64,000 nucleotides of DNA from an uncultured Verrucomicrobiota bacterium (GTDB lineage: Bacteria > Verrucomicrobiota > Kiritimatiellia > CAIQIC01 > Lenti-01), in contig CALMNW010000014.1 in assembly GCA_937872095.1 (NCBI GenBank), forward strand, positions 112,799 through 176,798, in the 5' to 3' direction. The notes below the pieces were generated by a model. The model searched no databases, had not been told where the DNA came from, and saw only the letters and a list, made by a program, of their open reading frames with translations. Both the position numbers and the translations under genes were made by a program. Positions 10,300 through 18,965 of the stretch are shown piece after piece (the first letter of the stretch is position 1; each line of letters starts with the position of its first letter).

Positions 10300-11073
10300 T
10301 CAGGCTTTTATGGTCAATCGCGCACTGATATCGACGATGGCCCAAAACGGTTTACGCCCAGTGAAGTATTCATCGACCGCTTTTTTGCATCCCTTCCAAT
10401 AACCAAGGTCATCGATAATACATATGCCGCCAGAAGAAAGCTTAGGCCAAAACGTTTGCAATTCCTTCTTGGTGGAACTGTACCAATCCGTATCCAATCG
10501 CAAAACGGCCAAGGATTCGATGCTGTCGGTGACCGCGGAGCGGCCCGGCACCAGGGTATCCTCAACCGGACCTTTGACGAACTGAACGGATGAAGACATG
10601 AGGCCGGCTTGATCGAAATTCGCCCGCACCTCTTCGAGAGAAGCATAGCACCAGGCGTTGTGATCTTCGCGGCGGTCCGCTTCAAATCGCCCTTTCGCAT
10701 GGAACCCATCTTCAAAGCGAAGGTCGGAATCGTCCGGTTCCGTCATGCCGGCAAAAGTGTCATACAAGATGACCTTGCGCCCGGGATCGCACGCTTTGAA
10801 GACATAGGCGGCCAACAGGGCATGTCCCCCGCGCCACACGCCGCATTCCACAAAATCCCCGGGTATGCCCTGCTCAACGGCATATCGACAGGCCAGAATC
10901 GTCGTGTACAAGTTTTCGACTCCGCACATGGTCAGTCGATTGCCGCGCACATATTTGACCATTTCCGCGTCCTGCTCGCTGAATTCGGCGGGTTTGAAAA
11001 AGGGCTTGGGAGCCGGACTGGGCGGCGGGCATGCGAACATGCGTTTCAACCGTCCCTTCATTCGATTCAACAT
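10300..11073 (-). CDS. TylF/MycF-family (macrocin-type) sugar O-methyltransferase
   Basis: Family signatures VECGVWRGG and LRLDTDWYSSTK; ATG at 11073 with an RBS-like spacer after the wzt stop. Confidence 0.85.
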   Translation of the reverse strand: MLNRMKGRLKRMFACPPPSPAPKPFFKPAEFSEQDAEMVKYVRGNRLTMCGVENLYTTILACRYAVEQGIPGDFVECGVWRGGHALLAAYVFKACDPGRKVILYDTFAGMTEPDDSDLRFEDGFHAKGRFEADRREDHNAWCYASLEEVRANFDQAGLMSSSVQFVKGPVEDTLVPGRSAVTDSIESLAVLRLDTDWYSSTKKELQTFWPKLSSGGICIIDDLGYWKGCKKAVDEYFTGRKPFWAIVDISARLTIKA

Positions 11074-11082
11074 GATCAGCTC

Positions 11083-12348
11083 CTAGTCGGCATGAAGGGT
11101 GGACTTGACCGACAGGTGCACGCTGCCGGTCGAATTTTCCGGAGGAGCAACCTTGAGTTTGATCCTGCGTTTCCAGTCGTACAACTCGGTGAAATCCGGA
11201 TTCCAAAAAATCACGCTGAATAAAATCGTCGGGTACGTGAAGGGCATGGCGGCGACATCCAGAAAAACAGTGCCCCGGCTGCCCTTTTTGCCGCAGACGC
11301 GGAGCTGTTCGTCCCCGCGATGTTGATGGAGTATCCCGCTCCGGTCGCTAACGGTCAATTCCAGGAAGGAATCCAAATCCTCGTCGGTCCCCTTGACATA
11401 GCCTACCGCCACCCGCAAGGAATCGCCCGTGCGGATCGTGTCGCACTTTTTCCCTTCGTCGTTGATGAAATCCACGGATACGATTTGAATGCGACCGGAA
11501 CCCGCGATTTCCCCTTCCACGCCCTGTTCCCGGTCGGGCAATCGGGCCGACGTTTCGATCGCCATGTCGTTTCCATATCGCGTCACGACCGCATCCGTCT
11601 TTCCGTCGAACAGGATTTGACCGCGATTTAAATACAAGGCTCGATCGCAATAGCGGGAGATATTGAGCATGTTGTGGGAAACCATGATGAAGGCCGTCCC
11701 CTTGGCGCGCAAAGTGCCGAGGCGATTCAGGCACTTCGCCTGAAAATTCATGTCCCCCACGGCCAACACTTCGTCCAGCAGCATGATGTCGGGACTCAAC
11801 GAGGATGCCACGGAGAACCCCAACCGCACGGCCATGCCGGAACTGTAGTTCTGCACGGGGGTGTCCATGAACTCGCCGATCTCGGCAAAATCGATGATCT
11901 CGTCCATCTTGGCGTCGATTTCCCGCTTGGAGAGGCCCAAAACCGAGGCGTTGACGTAGATGTTCTCCCGCCCGGTCAGGATGGGATTGAAGCCCGCGCC
12001 GAGGGCGATGAGCGCCCCGACCCGCCCCCGCATCTCGATCCGGCCCGAGTCGGGCTTGATCAGGCCGTTGAGCATCTTGAGGAGCGTGGTCTTGCCCGCC
12101 CCGTTCCGGCCGATCAGCCCGACGCTTTCCCCGCGTTTTAGTTCGAAGCTGACATCCTTGACCGCCCAGAATTCCTTGGGCCGAAGCCCGCCATGCCCCC
12201 CGTGTCGCCGCCCGAGCAATTCGTTGCCGATGTCTTTCAACCCGTAGAAAAGCGACTTCTTCAGGCTAAGACAGAACTTTTTCGAAACGCCTTCGACCCG
12301 GACCAGGACGTCGGAATCGGAATTCGAATTGTTTTCCGAGCTCTTCAT
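11083..12348 (-). CDS. wzt: Polysaccharide ABC transporter ATP-binding protein Wzt (TagH-like) with C-terminal substrate-binding extension
   Basis: Walker A GRNGAGKTT, ABC signature YSSGMAVRLGF, Walker B MLLDEVLAVGD, H-loop SHN. About 160 aa after the NBD look like a jelly-roll carbohydrate-binding domain, as in Wzt proteins that recognise capped O-polysaccharide termini. Confidence 0.9.
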   Translation of the reverse strand: MKSSENNSNSDSDVLVRVEGVSKKFCLSLKKSLFYGLKDIGNELLGRRHGGHGGLRPKEFWAVKDVSFELKRGESVGLIGRNGAGKTTLLKMLNGLIKPDSGRIEMRGRVGALIALGAGFNPILTGRENIYVNASVLGLSKREIDAKMDEIIDFAEIGEFMDTPVQNYSSGMAVRLGFSVASSLSPDIMLLDEVLAVGDMNFQAKCLNRLGTLRAKGTAFIMVSHNMLNISRYCDRALYLNRGQILFDGKTDAVVTRYGNDMAIETSARLPDREQGVEGEIAGSGRIQIVSVDFINDEGKKCDTIRTGDSLRVAVGYVKGTDEDLDSFLELTVSDRSGILHQHRGDEQLRVCGKKGSRGTVFLDVAAMPFTYPTILFSVIFWNPDFTELYDWKRRIKLKVAPPENSTGSVHLSVKSTLHAD

Positions 12349-12429
12349 ATTTCGGTCAGAATGATCAAGATCGGCTGGATTTACAAGATTGAACCGCCGG
12401 GCGCGCGCCGGGCGAAATCGTTCGCTTCG

Positions 12430-13275
12430 TCACGCCGACATCCGCTCGATCAAAATCGGCATGGACAGCCGGTAGCCGACCCAGGAAACGAACAGCAGTC
12501 CAAGCGCGGCCAGATTGACGCCGATGAACGTGGCCACGAATTCCGGCGATTGCCCCGTCAGCCAAGCCCGGGCGTTGAGAATCAGCGGAGTGACGGGATT
12601 CAGGACGAAGATCTTGGCCACCAGCCCGCCCCCTTGCGGCATCGGAAACACGACGGGGGTCACGTACATCAGGAACTGCATCACCATCGGCAAGGCACGC
12701 CCCACGTCGCTGTAGAGCATGCCCATCGGAGTGATGAACAGCCCGATGGCGGTTCCCGTCAGGATGATGGCAAACACGCCGACCGGGAACATGAGCAACC
12801 CCCAGCCGGGATTCACTTTGAAAAACGGCAACACGCACAACAGCAGCGCGATCTTGATCGAGGCGTTGAACAGCGTCCGGTAGATGCCTGCCAGCAACAG
12901 CGCCTCCCGCGGAAAATTCAATTTGGCCAGCATGCCGCGGGCCGCATTCGTCTGCCCCATCGGCGCGTTGATCGAATCCATGAAAATGGCCCAAAGCATC
13001 GTTCCGGCAAAGACATAGACCGGATACGGGATGGGCGTCTCCTGGATGGCCACGATGCCGGAACCATTCAGGAACAACCACACCATCGTGTTGGCCAACG
13101 GCAAAATCAGCGCCCACAGGATGCCGAGGAAGGATTGGCGGTATTGCGCGCTGACGTCGCGCACCGTCAGGCGCCAAGCCAATTCGCGCCCGGCCCACAG
13201 ATCCTTCGCCATGGCTTTCGCCATGACGAACGGATTCGCCAGCGACGAGTCGGGAGTGTAGATGGTCGTTTTCAT
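12430..13275 (-). CDS. wzm: ABC-2 type polysaccharide exporter permease Wzm
   Basis: 281 aa with 6 TM helices, ABC-2 family layout, immediately upstream of and co-directional with wzt. Confidence 0.9.
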   Translation of the reverse strand: MKTTIYTPDSSLANPFVMAKAMAKDLWAGRELAWRLTVRDVSAQYRQSFLGILWALILPLANTMVWLFLNGSGIVAIQETPIPYPVYVFAGTMLWAIFMDSINAPMGQTNAARGMLAKLNFPREALLLAGIYRTLFNASIKIALLLCVLPFFKVNPGWGLLMFPVGVFAIILTGTAIGLFITPMGMLYSDVGRALPMVMQFLMYVTPVVFPMPQGGGLVAKIFVLNPVTPLILNARAWLTGQSPEFVATFIGVNLAALGLLFVSWVGYRLSMPILIERMSA

Positions 13276-13403
13276 GGATGGGTCCAGTTCCTATACCCCA
13301 TGCCGTCTTTCAGTCCAAGGTTTTTCGGCCCAACGACTCCAAGCAAACCCCTTTCCCGCGCCCGACTCGAATCCGCGCGGTCATTGCGCTCGATGCCCGC
13401 GGC

Positions 13404-14546
13404 CTACTTTTTCCATCTGGCTTCGAACCGACCCGTCCAGGCATCCCCTGCGGCTTGCAGCAAGGCCGCGTTCACCCCCCAAAACGCTCCCAGCAACCCC
13501 AACAGACGCGAAGAAATCCGCTTTCCACCCCAAAAGGCCATGAAACTGACGAAAATTGCGCCCAAAGCCCCTAAAAACGACATCTGGAGCCACTTTGGGC
13601 CATCCCAAGCCAGCCAACCCATTGAAAAATAGGCCAAAACAACGAAAAATGGGGTCAAAAGCCTTAAAAACTTGTGCGAAACCCATTGAAACCAGATCGG
13701 ATTGGCTAAAATGGAGTAAATTTGGGGCTCCAAGTGTCCCATTTGCCAAATTCCGGCCAACGTTCGGCGTTTTCTGAGCCCTTCTTGGCCAAAATGGGCC
13801 GTCGGAAGGTCGAAAACGCGCGCGGAAGGCTCGAAAAGGCAGCGAAACCCCTTCAAAACGGCTCTCATGGGGATCAACACGTCGTCCACCAGCGTATTTT
13901 CCGGAATGGGACCCGCCAGCTCGCTCCGAATGGCATAGAACGCCCCGGTGGCGCCGGGAACCGCCCAGTGGCGGCTCTCGCAGAGCCGGATGAATTTCTC
14001 GTATCCCCAATAGGATTCCGCCCCTTTTTGCGCGCCGCCGTCTGCCGACTCGTACACGAGCGCCCCCGAGACCGCACCGACCCGCTCATCCGCGAAATTT
14101 TCCAGAAGCCGGGAAATCGCGCCGGCCTCCACCCGCTGCCGGGCATCCATCAGGACGAAAACGGGTTGGTCGGCTTTCGCCATCAGGTCGTTCAGCACCG
14201 CGGCCTTGCCGCGCTGGCGCTCGAGTTCGAGGAGCTGGACGAGCGCGCCATTTTCCGCCCGATCCAAAACGCCGCGGACCTGCGCCGACGTTCCATCCGT
14301 GCAGCCGTCGAGTCCGATCCAGATTTCGCGAATGGGTTCGGTCTGCGCCAGATCCAGCAGGTTTTCCACTTTGCGCGGCAAGGTCTCCGCTTCGTCGTGC
14401 GCGGCGATCAGCACCGCCGCCCCGCCCGCGAAGGGCCCCTTCTTCACGGGCCGGCCTCGGATCCGCGACAGCAGCCAGATCAACGCCGGATAACCCGCGT
14501 AGACGTAGCCCAACAAGAGGACCCCTATGGCGAAAACCCATCGCAT
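13404..14546 (-). CDS. GT2 family glycosyltransferase with C-terminal transmembrane helices
   Basis: GT-A GT2 core (AAVLIAAHDEAETL, LDGCTDGT, LMDARQ DxD-like, QGLRKRRTLAGIWQ QxxRW-like) followed by 3-4 TM helices. Confidence 0.85.
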   Translation of the reverse strand: MRWVFAIGVLLLGYVYAGYPALIWLLSRIRGRPVKKGPFAGGAAVLIAAHDEAETLPRKVENLLDLAQTEPIREIWIGLDGCTDGTSAQVRGVLDRAENGALVQLLELERQRGKAAVLNDLMAKADQPVFVLMDARQRVEAGAISRLLENFADERVGAVSGALVYESADGGAQKGAESYWGYEKFIRLCESRHWAVPGATGAFYAIRSELAGPIPENTLVDDVLIPMRAVLKGFRCLFEPSARVFDLPTAHFGQEGLRKRRTLAGIWQMGHLEPQIYSILANPIWFQWVSHKFLRLLTPFFVVLAYFSMGWLAWDGPKWLQMSFLGALGAIFVSFMAFWGGKRISSRLLGLLGAFWGVNAALLQAAGDAWTGRFEARWKK

Positions 14547-14608
14547 GGCACTTCAGTACCTGAATTTTCCGGACGATTCAATCCGGCGGTTCGGCCGCGC
14601 GGATCCGG

Positions 14609-15571
14609 TTACGGCTTCGGACCGGCGGATTCGTCCGCCGGAGCGGCCGGCTCGACGACCTCCGCGATCGCCTCGGGACTTTGGTTGATTTCCGTATAGA
14701 TGCGCCAGACGTATTCGCCCAGCACGCCCATCATGATGAACCCGCACCCCTGGAAAAACCCCACCAGCGACACGATCGTGGCGTAGCCCGGCACGGGAAT
14801 GATGCCCAACGCCTTGGCCACGAAAATGAACGCCACGTACAGAAAACAGACGAACGCCAGCCCGAAGCCCAACAGGGTCATCAGCCGCATCGGCTTGACC
14901 GAAAACCCCACGGTCGAATCGATGAAATAATTCACCTTCTTCCGGAACGTCCATTTCGATTTGCCGTAGGGCCGGTTTTCCCGGTGGTAGGACAAGAGCG
15001 TGGCCGGCACGCCCAGCGACCAGGCAAACAAGGACAGATTCTTGTTGTGCCCGCAGCGGAGCATGTGCGGCAGGAACAGGCGGTCCATGATCGCCATGTC
15101 GAACCCGCCGATCGGAAAATCCTTCATGACCAGCGCCCGGACGAGCCGATAGTTGAGCCAGGCGAAAAACTTGGTCAACGGCGGGTCCTCCCGCGAAGCC
15201 CGGGTCCGCACCACGAAGCGGCTGCCCGCCAGCCAGGCAGCCACCATTTCCGGCAGCAGTCCGGGCGGATCCTGCAGGTCCGCCGCCAAGAAGGTGAAGC
15301 AATCCCCCTTCACGTGGGCGAAGCCCGTCTTGATGGCCGCCATCGATCCGCGGTTGGCCAAATGGTTGACGACCACCGTTCCGGGCCGGCGGCGCTGGAT
15401 TTCCCGCAGACGGTCGAGGGAGGCGTCGCCGGACGCGTCGTTCACGAAGATGAGCTGCAGGTCCACTCCCCGCTCCGCCAATTCCTTTTCCACCCGGTCC
15501 AATTCGTCCGCCAGGGGAATGAGCGAGTCCTGGTTGTAGTAGACCGGCACGACGATGGAGAGCGTGGGCAT
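14609..15571 (-). CDS. GT2 polyprenyl-phosphate glycosyltransferase (ArnC/GtrB/DPM-synthase-like) with two C-terminal TM helices
   Basis: LSIVVPVYYNQDSL, FVNDASGD, LAADLQDPP, KSKWTFRKKVNYFIDSTVGFSVKPMRLMTLLGF; ATG at 15571. Confidence 0.88.
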   Translation of the reverse strand: MPTLSIVVPVYYNQDSLIPLADELDRVEKELAERGVDLQLIFVNDASGDASLDRLREIQRRRPGTVVVNHLANRGSMAAIKTGFAHVKGDCFTFLAADLQDPPGLLPEMVAAWLAGSRFVVRTRASREDPPLTKFFAWLNYRLVRALVMKDFPIGGFDMAIMDRLFLPHMLRCGHNKNLSLFAWSLGVPATLLSYHRENRPYGKSKWTFRKKVNYFIDSTVGFSVKPMRLMTLLGFGLAFVCFLYVAFIFVAKALGIIPVPGYATIVSLVGFFQGCGFIMMGVLGEYVWRIYTEINQSPEAIAEVVEPAAPADESAGPKP

Positions 15572-15574
15572 CGT

Positions 15575-16681
15575 TTATCCTCGGGTTGAGATGACGGCTT
15601 GCACGGCGGCGGCGACGGCTTCCGGCGCGGCGAGATGGGGCCCGATCGGCAGGCTGAGTTCTTCCGCCGCGATTCGTTCCGCCACGGGAAAGTCGCCCGC
15701 CTGGCGCCCCTGGTGCGCATAGGCCCCCGACAGATGGGGCGGAATCGGATAATGGATCTGGGTGTGAATGCCGTTGGCTTCCAACCGGGCCTGCAGGCCG
15801 TCGCGATCTTTCGCCAACAGAGGAAAGAGATGCCAGATCGGTTCCGCGTCTTTCGCCACGGCGGGCAACTGGATGCCCTCCAGACCCCGCAACCGTTCGC
15901 GATAGGCTGCCGCGATCTGGACCCGCCGCCGGTTCCATTCGTCCAGATGCTTGAGCTTCACCGACAGAAAAGCGGCCTGCAGGGGATCCAGGCGCGAATT
16001 CAAGCCCAACACCTCGTGCTGGTACTTGCGATCCGACCCGTAGTTGCGCAGGCGGCGCAAACGCGCGGCCAGGGCTTCGTCGCCGGTCGTCACCGCGCCG
16101 CCGTCGCCGAAGGCCCCCAGATTTTTGCCGGGATAGAAACTGAAGCCCGCCAAATCTCCCCAGGTTCCGGTGCGGCGCCCCCGGTAGCGGGCGCCGTGGG
16201 CCTGCGCGGCGTCTTCCACGACGACGAGACGATGGCGGCGCGCCACCGCGAGGATGGCGTCCATGTCCGCCGGTTGCCCGTAGAGATGCACCGGCATAAT
16301 CGCTTTGGTCCGGGGCGTGAGGGCCGCCTCGATCCGCGCGGCATCCAGATTGTAGGTGTCCGCCCGGACGTCCACGGGCACGGGCACGGCCCCCGCGTGG
16401 CTGACGGCCAGCCACGTGGCGATGAACGTCATCGCCGGAACGATCACTTCGTCGCCCGGTCCGATGCCCGCCGCCAGCAGCGCCAACGTCAGCGCATCCA
16501 GGCCGTTGGCGACGCACACGCAATGCCGTACGCCGCAATACGCCGCGAATTCCGCCTCGAAGCGCTCGACCTCTTCGCCCAAAATATACCACCCGCTGGC
16601 CATCACCCGCCGATAGGCCGCGTCGAGGTCCTCCTGCAGTTCGGTATAGGCCGGGAGCAATTCCAGAAAGGGAACGTTCAC
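15575..16681 (-). CDS. DegT/DnrJ/EryC1/StrS-family PLP-dependent sugar aminotransferase (FdtB/QdtB-like)
   Basis: N-terminus VNVPFLEL..., [34 protein letters not shown] (PLP-Lys region). The ORF-track N-terminal extension is Arg-rich. True start is GTG at 16681, overlapping the upstream stop as GTGA. Confidence 0.88.
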   Translation of the reverse strand: MNVPFLELLPAYTELQEDLDAAYRRVMASGWYILGEEVERFEAEFAAYCGVRHCVCVANGLDALTLALLAAGIGPGDEVIVPAMTFIATWLAVSHAGAVPVPVDVRADTYNLDAARIEAALTPRTKAIMPVHLYGQPADMDAILAVARRHRLVVVEDAAQAHGARYRGRRTGTWGDLAGFSFYPGKNLGAFGDGGAVTTGDEALAARLRRLRNYGSDRKYQHEVLGLNSRLDPLQAAFLSVKLKHLDEWNRRRVQIAAAYRERLRGLEGIQLPAVAKDAEPIWHLFPLLAKDRDGLQARLEANGIHTQIHYPIPPHLSGAYAHQGRQAGDFPVAERIAAEELSLPIGPHLAAPEAVAAAVQAVISTRG

Positions 16682-17103
16682 GCCTGGGCCTTCCGGGTTG
16701 CCGCGATGAAATCGTCGTAGCGGCGGTAATAATCCGCTTCGTCGAAATATTCCGAAGCCAGCACGAGACAGACCGAGCCGGACGAGAAGTTGTCGATGGT
16801 CCGCCAAATCATCGGGCAGAGATAAAGCCCGTGGTAGGACCGATTGAGGTGATAGGTCTTCTTCTCGAACCCATCGTCCAAATGGATGTCGAAACTGCCC
16901 GACATGGCCACCACGAGCTGGTGCAGCTGCTTGTGCGCATGCCCCGCCCGCTCGGCGCCGCCGGGCACGTCGTAGAGATAGTAGACCCGCTTGATGTCGA
17001 ACGGCAAATGGCGGCCGCCCTCGATGAAAGTCAAATTGCCGCGCGGTTCGCGGACGATCGGCAGATCGACGATGCGCACGTTCTGCATTGGATTCGAGCT
17101 CAT
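16678..17103 (-). CDS. Cupin-type dTDP/NDP-4-keto-6-deoxyhexose 3,4-ketoisomerase (FdtA/QdtA/WxcM C-terminal-domain-like)
   Basis: [19 protein letters not shown]..., [18 protein letters not shown]. The 389-aa track ORF is about 250 aa of Arg-rich wrong-frame read-through plus this 141-aa domain starting at ATG 17103, which has a GGAAAGGGAAGGG RBS-like stretch upstream. Confidence 0.75.
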   Translation of the reverse strand: MSSNPMQNVRIVDLPIVREPRGNLTFIEGGRHLPFDIKRVYYLYDVPGGAERAGHAHKQLHQLVVAMSGSFDIHLDDGFEKKTYHLNRSYHGLYLCPMIWRTIDNFSSGSVCLVLASEYFDEADYYRRYDDFIAATRKAQA

Positions 17104-17126
17104 TCCAAACCCTTCCCTTTCCGGCG

Positions 17127-17771
17127 TCAGGAATATGGCCGATCCGTCAGCCGGGGCTCCCGCACGCATTCCAGTTCCGAAACGTGGCCGGACACGCGGG
17201 CGGGGTTGCCCACGACCACCGCTCCGGGCGGCACGTCCCGCGTGACGACGCTGCCCGCCCCGACCAGCGCCCCTGCGCCGATGGTCACGAGCGGCAATAT
17301 CGTGGCGTTGACCCCGATCTGCGCCCCCTTTTTGATTGTCGGCCCCTTCATGCACTCCCGGGAATGGGCGCAGCCCGGATGGAGATCGTTGGCGATCATG
17401 ACGCCCGGCGCCAGAAACACGTCGTCCTCCAAGATCGTGAATTGGGCCACGTAGACGTTGTGGTGGATCTTGACCCGGTGGCCGATCGTGCAGCCGTAGT
17501 CGACCGCGGAATTCGACCACAGCGAAAAATCGTCTCCGATGGCGTTTTCTTCCCGGATGATGGCGTTGTGGCCGACGTTGAGGCGCGCGCCGATCTGGGA
17601 TCCGGCATAGATCACCGAACCCGACCGGACGACGGCTCCGGGTCCGATCCGCAAGTTCAATCGGGCGATGCGGCGCTCGGGCAGGCAACCGATCCGCGCC
17701 GAATCGGCGCAGTCGATGTCGCTCGCGATCTGGAGCAGGTCGCCGTCGACGATCCCTGTTCTGTCCTTCAC
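17127..17771 (-). CDS. Left-handed beta-helix (hexapeptide-repeat) sugar N-acetyltransferase (FdtC/WbpD/PglD-like)
   Basis: Hexapeptide repeats ([22 protein letters not shown]..., [63 protein letters not shown]). Start uncertain: GTG at 17771 with a GAGGAAA RBS-like stretch chosen; the track start 18200 adds an implausible Arg/Pro-rich 140 aa. Confidence 0.7.
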   Translation of the reverse strand: MKDRTGIVDGDLLQIASDIDCADSARIGCLPERRIARLNLRIGPGAVVRSGSVIYAGSQIGARLNVGHNAIIREENAIGDDFSLWSNSAVDYGCTIGHRVKIHHNVYVAQFTILEDDVFLAPGVMIANDLHPGCAHSRECMKGPTIKKGAQIGVNATILPLVTIGAGALVGAGSVVTRDVPPGAVVVGNPARVSGHVSELECVREPRLTDRPYS

Positions 17772-17948
17772 CCTGATTTCCTCGTTTCTTCGCGGAACCC
17801 TGCCGGCGGCGGCGAAAAACGGCCCGCCGCGGCGGCCGAACCGCCATTTCGATCTCGGAAAGTATGCAAGAGGGAGCAACGCCCTGTCAATCAAGGACCG
17901 ATTGCGGGCACGGAACGGATTTGCCTTTATGTGGCGCGGCGTTTTTGA

Positions 17949-18965
17949 TTGATTGAGCCGGAGATGCACCGCTCCCCGTCTATCCTCACCAATCTGGCCT
18001 TCCAGCAGAGCCGAATCTGGCAAGAAGCGGTCGCCACCATCTGCCGGCCCGGCGAATCGCCGGATCGTCTGGGCGCTTTGCGGCAGGGAATCCGGCTCCT
18101 GCTCCGGCGGCGGCGTTTCGACGTGGTCGTGACGATGGGCCCGCGCCCTTCCCTGGCGTATGGCCTGCTCTGCGGACTTCTCCGCCGGCCCGCCCGGCAC
18201 GTCATGACCGAGGTGTTTCTGGACGAAGCCCGTCCCGCTTGCCCGTCTTGGCGCCTCAAAACGGCCTTGTTCCGCTGGGTGGCCCAGCGCGCGCTGGGCA
18301 TCTTGACGAACAGCACGGCCGAGGTGGGGCTCATCGCCGAGCGGTTCGGGATCCCCGCGGCCAACCTGCGTTTCGTTCCGATGTATACCACGCTCCCCCA
18401 GCCCGGCAGGCGGGAACCAAACGACGGCAGCGTCGTTTCCATCGGACGCACGCGGCGCGATCTGGACGTTTTGGTCGCGGCGGCGCGGCGGATTTCCGCC
18501 CGCGTCGTCGTGGTGGCCGGCCGGCGGGAAACTTTACCCGCCGATTTGCCGCCCAACGTGGAGGTGTTCCGCGAAATCCCGCTCGCCCAAACCCATGAAC
18601 TGCTGGCCCAGGCGGCCGTGGCCGTGGCGCCTTTGCTGCCGGCGGAAAGATCCACCGGCCAAGTCTTCATCTTCGAGGCCATCGCCATGGGCAAACCCGT
18701 GGTCGCGACCCGGAGCATCGGTACCGTCGACTACATCCGCGACGGCGAGAACGGCGTGCTGGTCGAACCGGGCGACGCCGCCGCCCTGGCCGATGCCGTC
18801 GAACGGCTGCTCCGCGATCCCGCCCTGGCCCGGCGCCTGGCGACGAACGCGCTGGACGAATGCCTGTCTTCCTGGCTGCCGGACCATCATGCCCAGCGAA
18901 TGCTCACGGCCATCGGCGAGCTGTGGTCGGCCAGCCGCGCGGCAAGGAATTCACCGGCGCCATGA
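17949..18965 (+). CDS. GT4 family (GT-B fold) glycosyltransferase
   Basis: C-terminal GT-B signature FIFEAIAMGKPVVATRSIGTVDYIRDGENGVLVEPGDAAALADAVERLL (EX7E). Exact start (17949 vs ATG 17964) uncertain. Confidence 0.8.
   Translation: MIEPEMHRSPSILTNLAFQQSRIWQEAVATICRPGESPDRLGALRQGIRLLLRRRRFDVVVTMGPRPSLAYGLLCGLLRRPARHVMTEVFLDEARPACPSWRLKTALFRWVAQRALGILTNSTAEVGLIAERFGIPAANLRFVPMYTTLPQPGRREPNDGSVVSIGRTRRDLDVLVAAARRISARVVVVAGRRETLPADLPPNVEVFREIPLAQTHELLAQAAVAVAPLLPAERSTGQVFIFEAIAMGKPVVATRSIGTVDYIRDGENGVLVEPGDAAALADAVERLLRDPALARRLATNALDECLSSWLPDHHAQRMLTAIGELWSASRAARNSPAP

Noticed and set aside
14553-16592. 679-aa minus-strand ORF spanning the GT2 and DegT genes in another frame
   Set aside because: Product is Arg/Gly-rich ([13 protein letters not shown]...) and cuts across two well-supported genes with canonical GT2 and DegT motifs.
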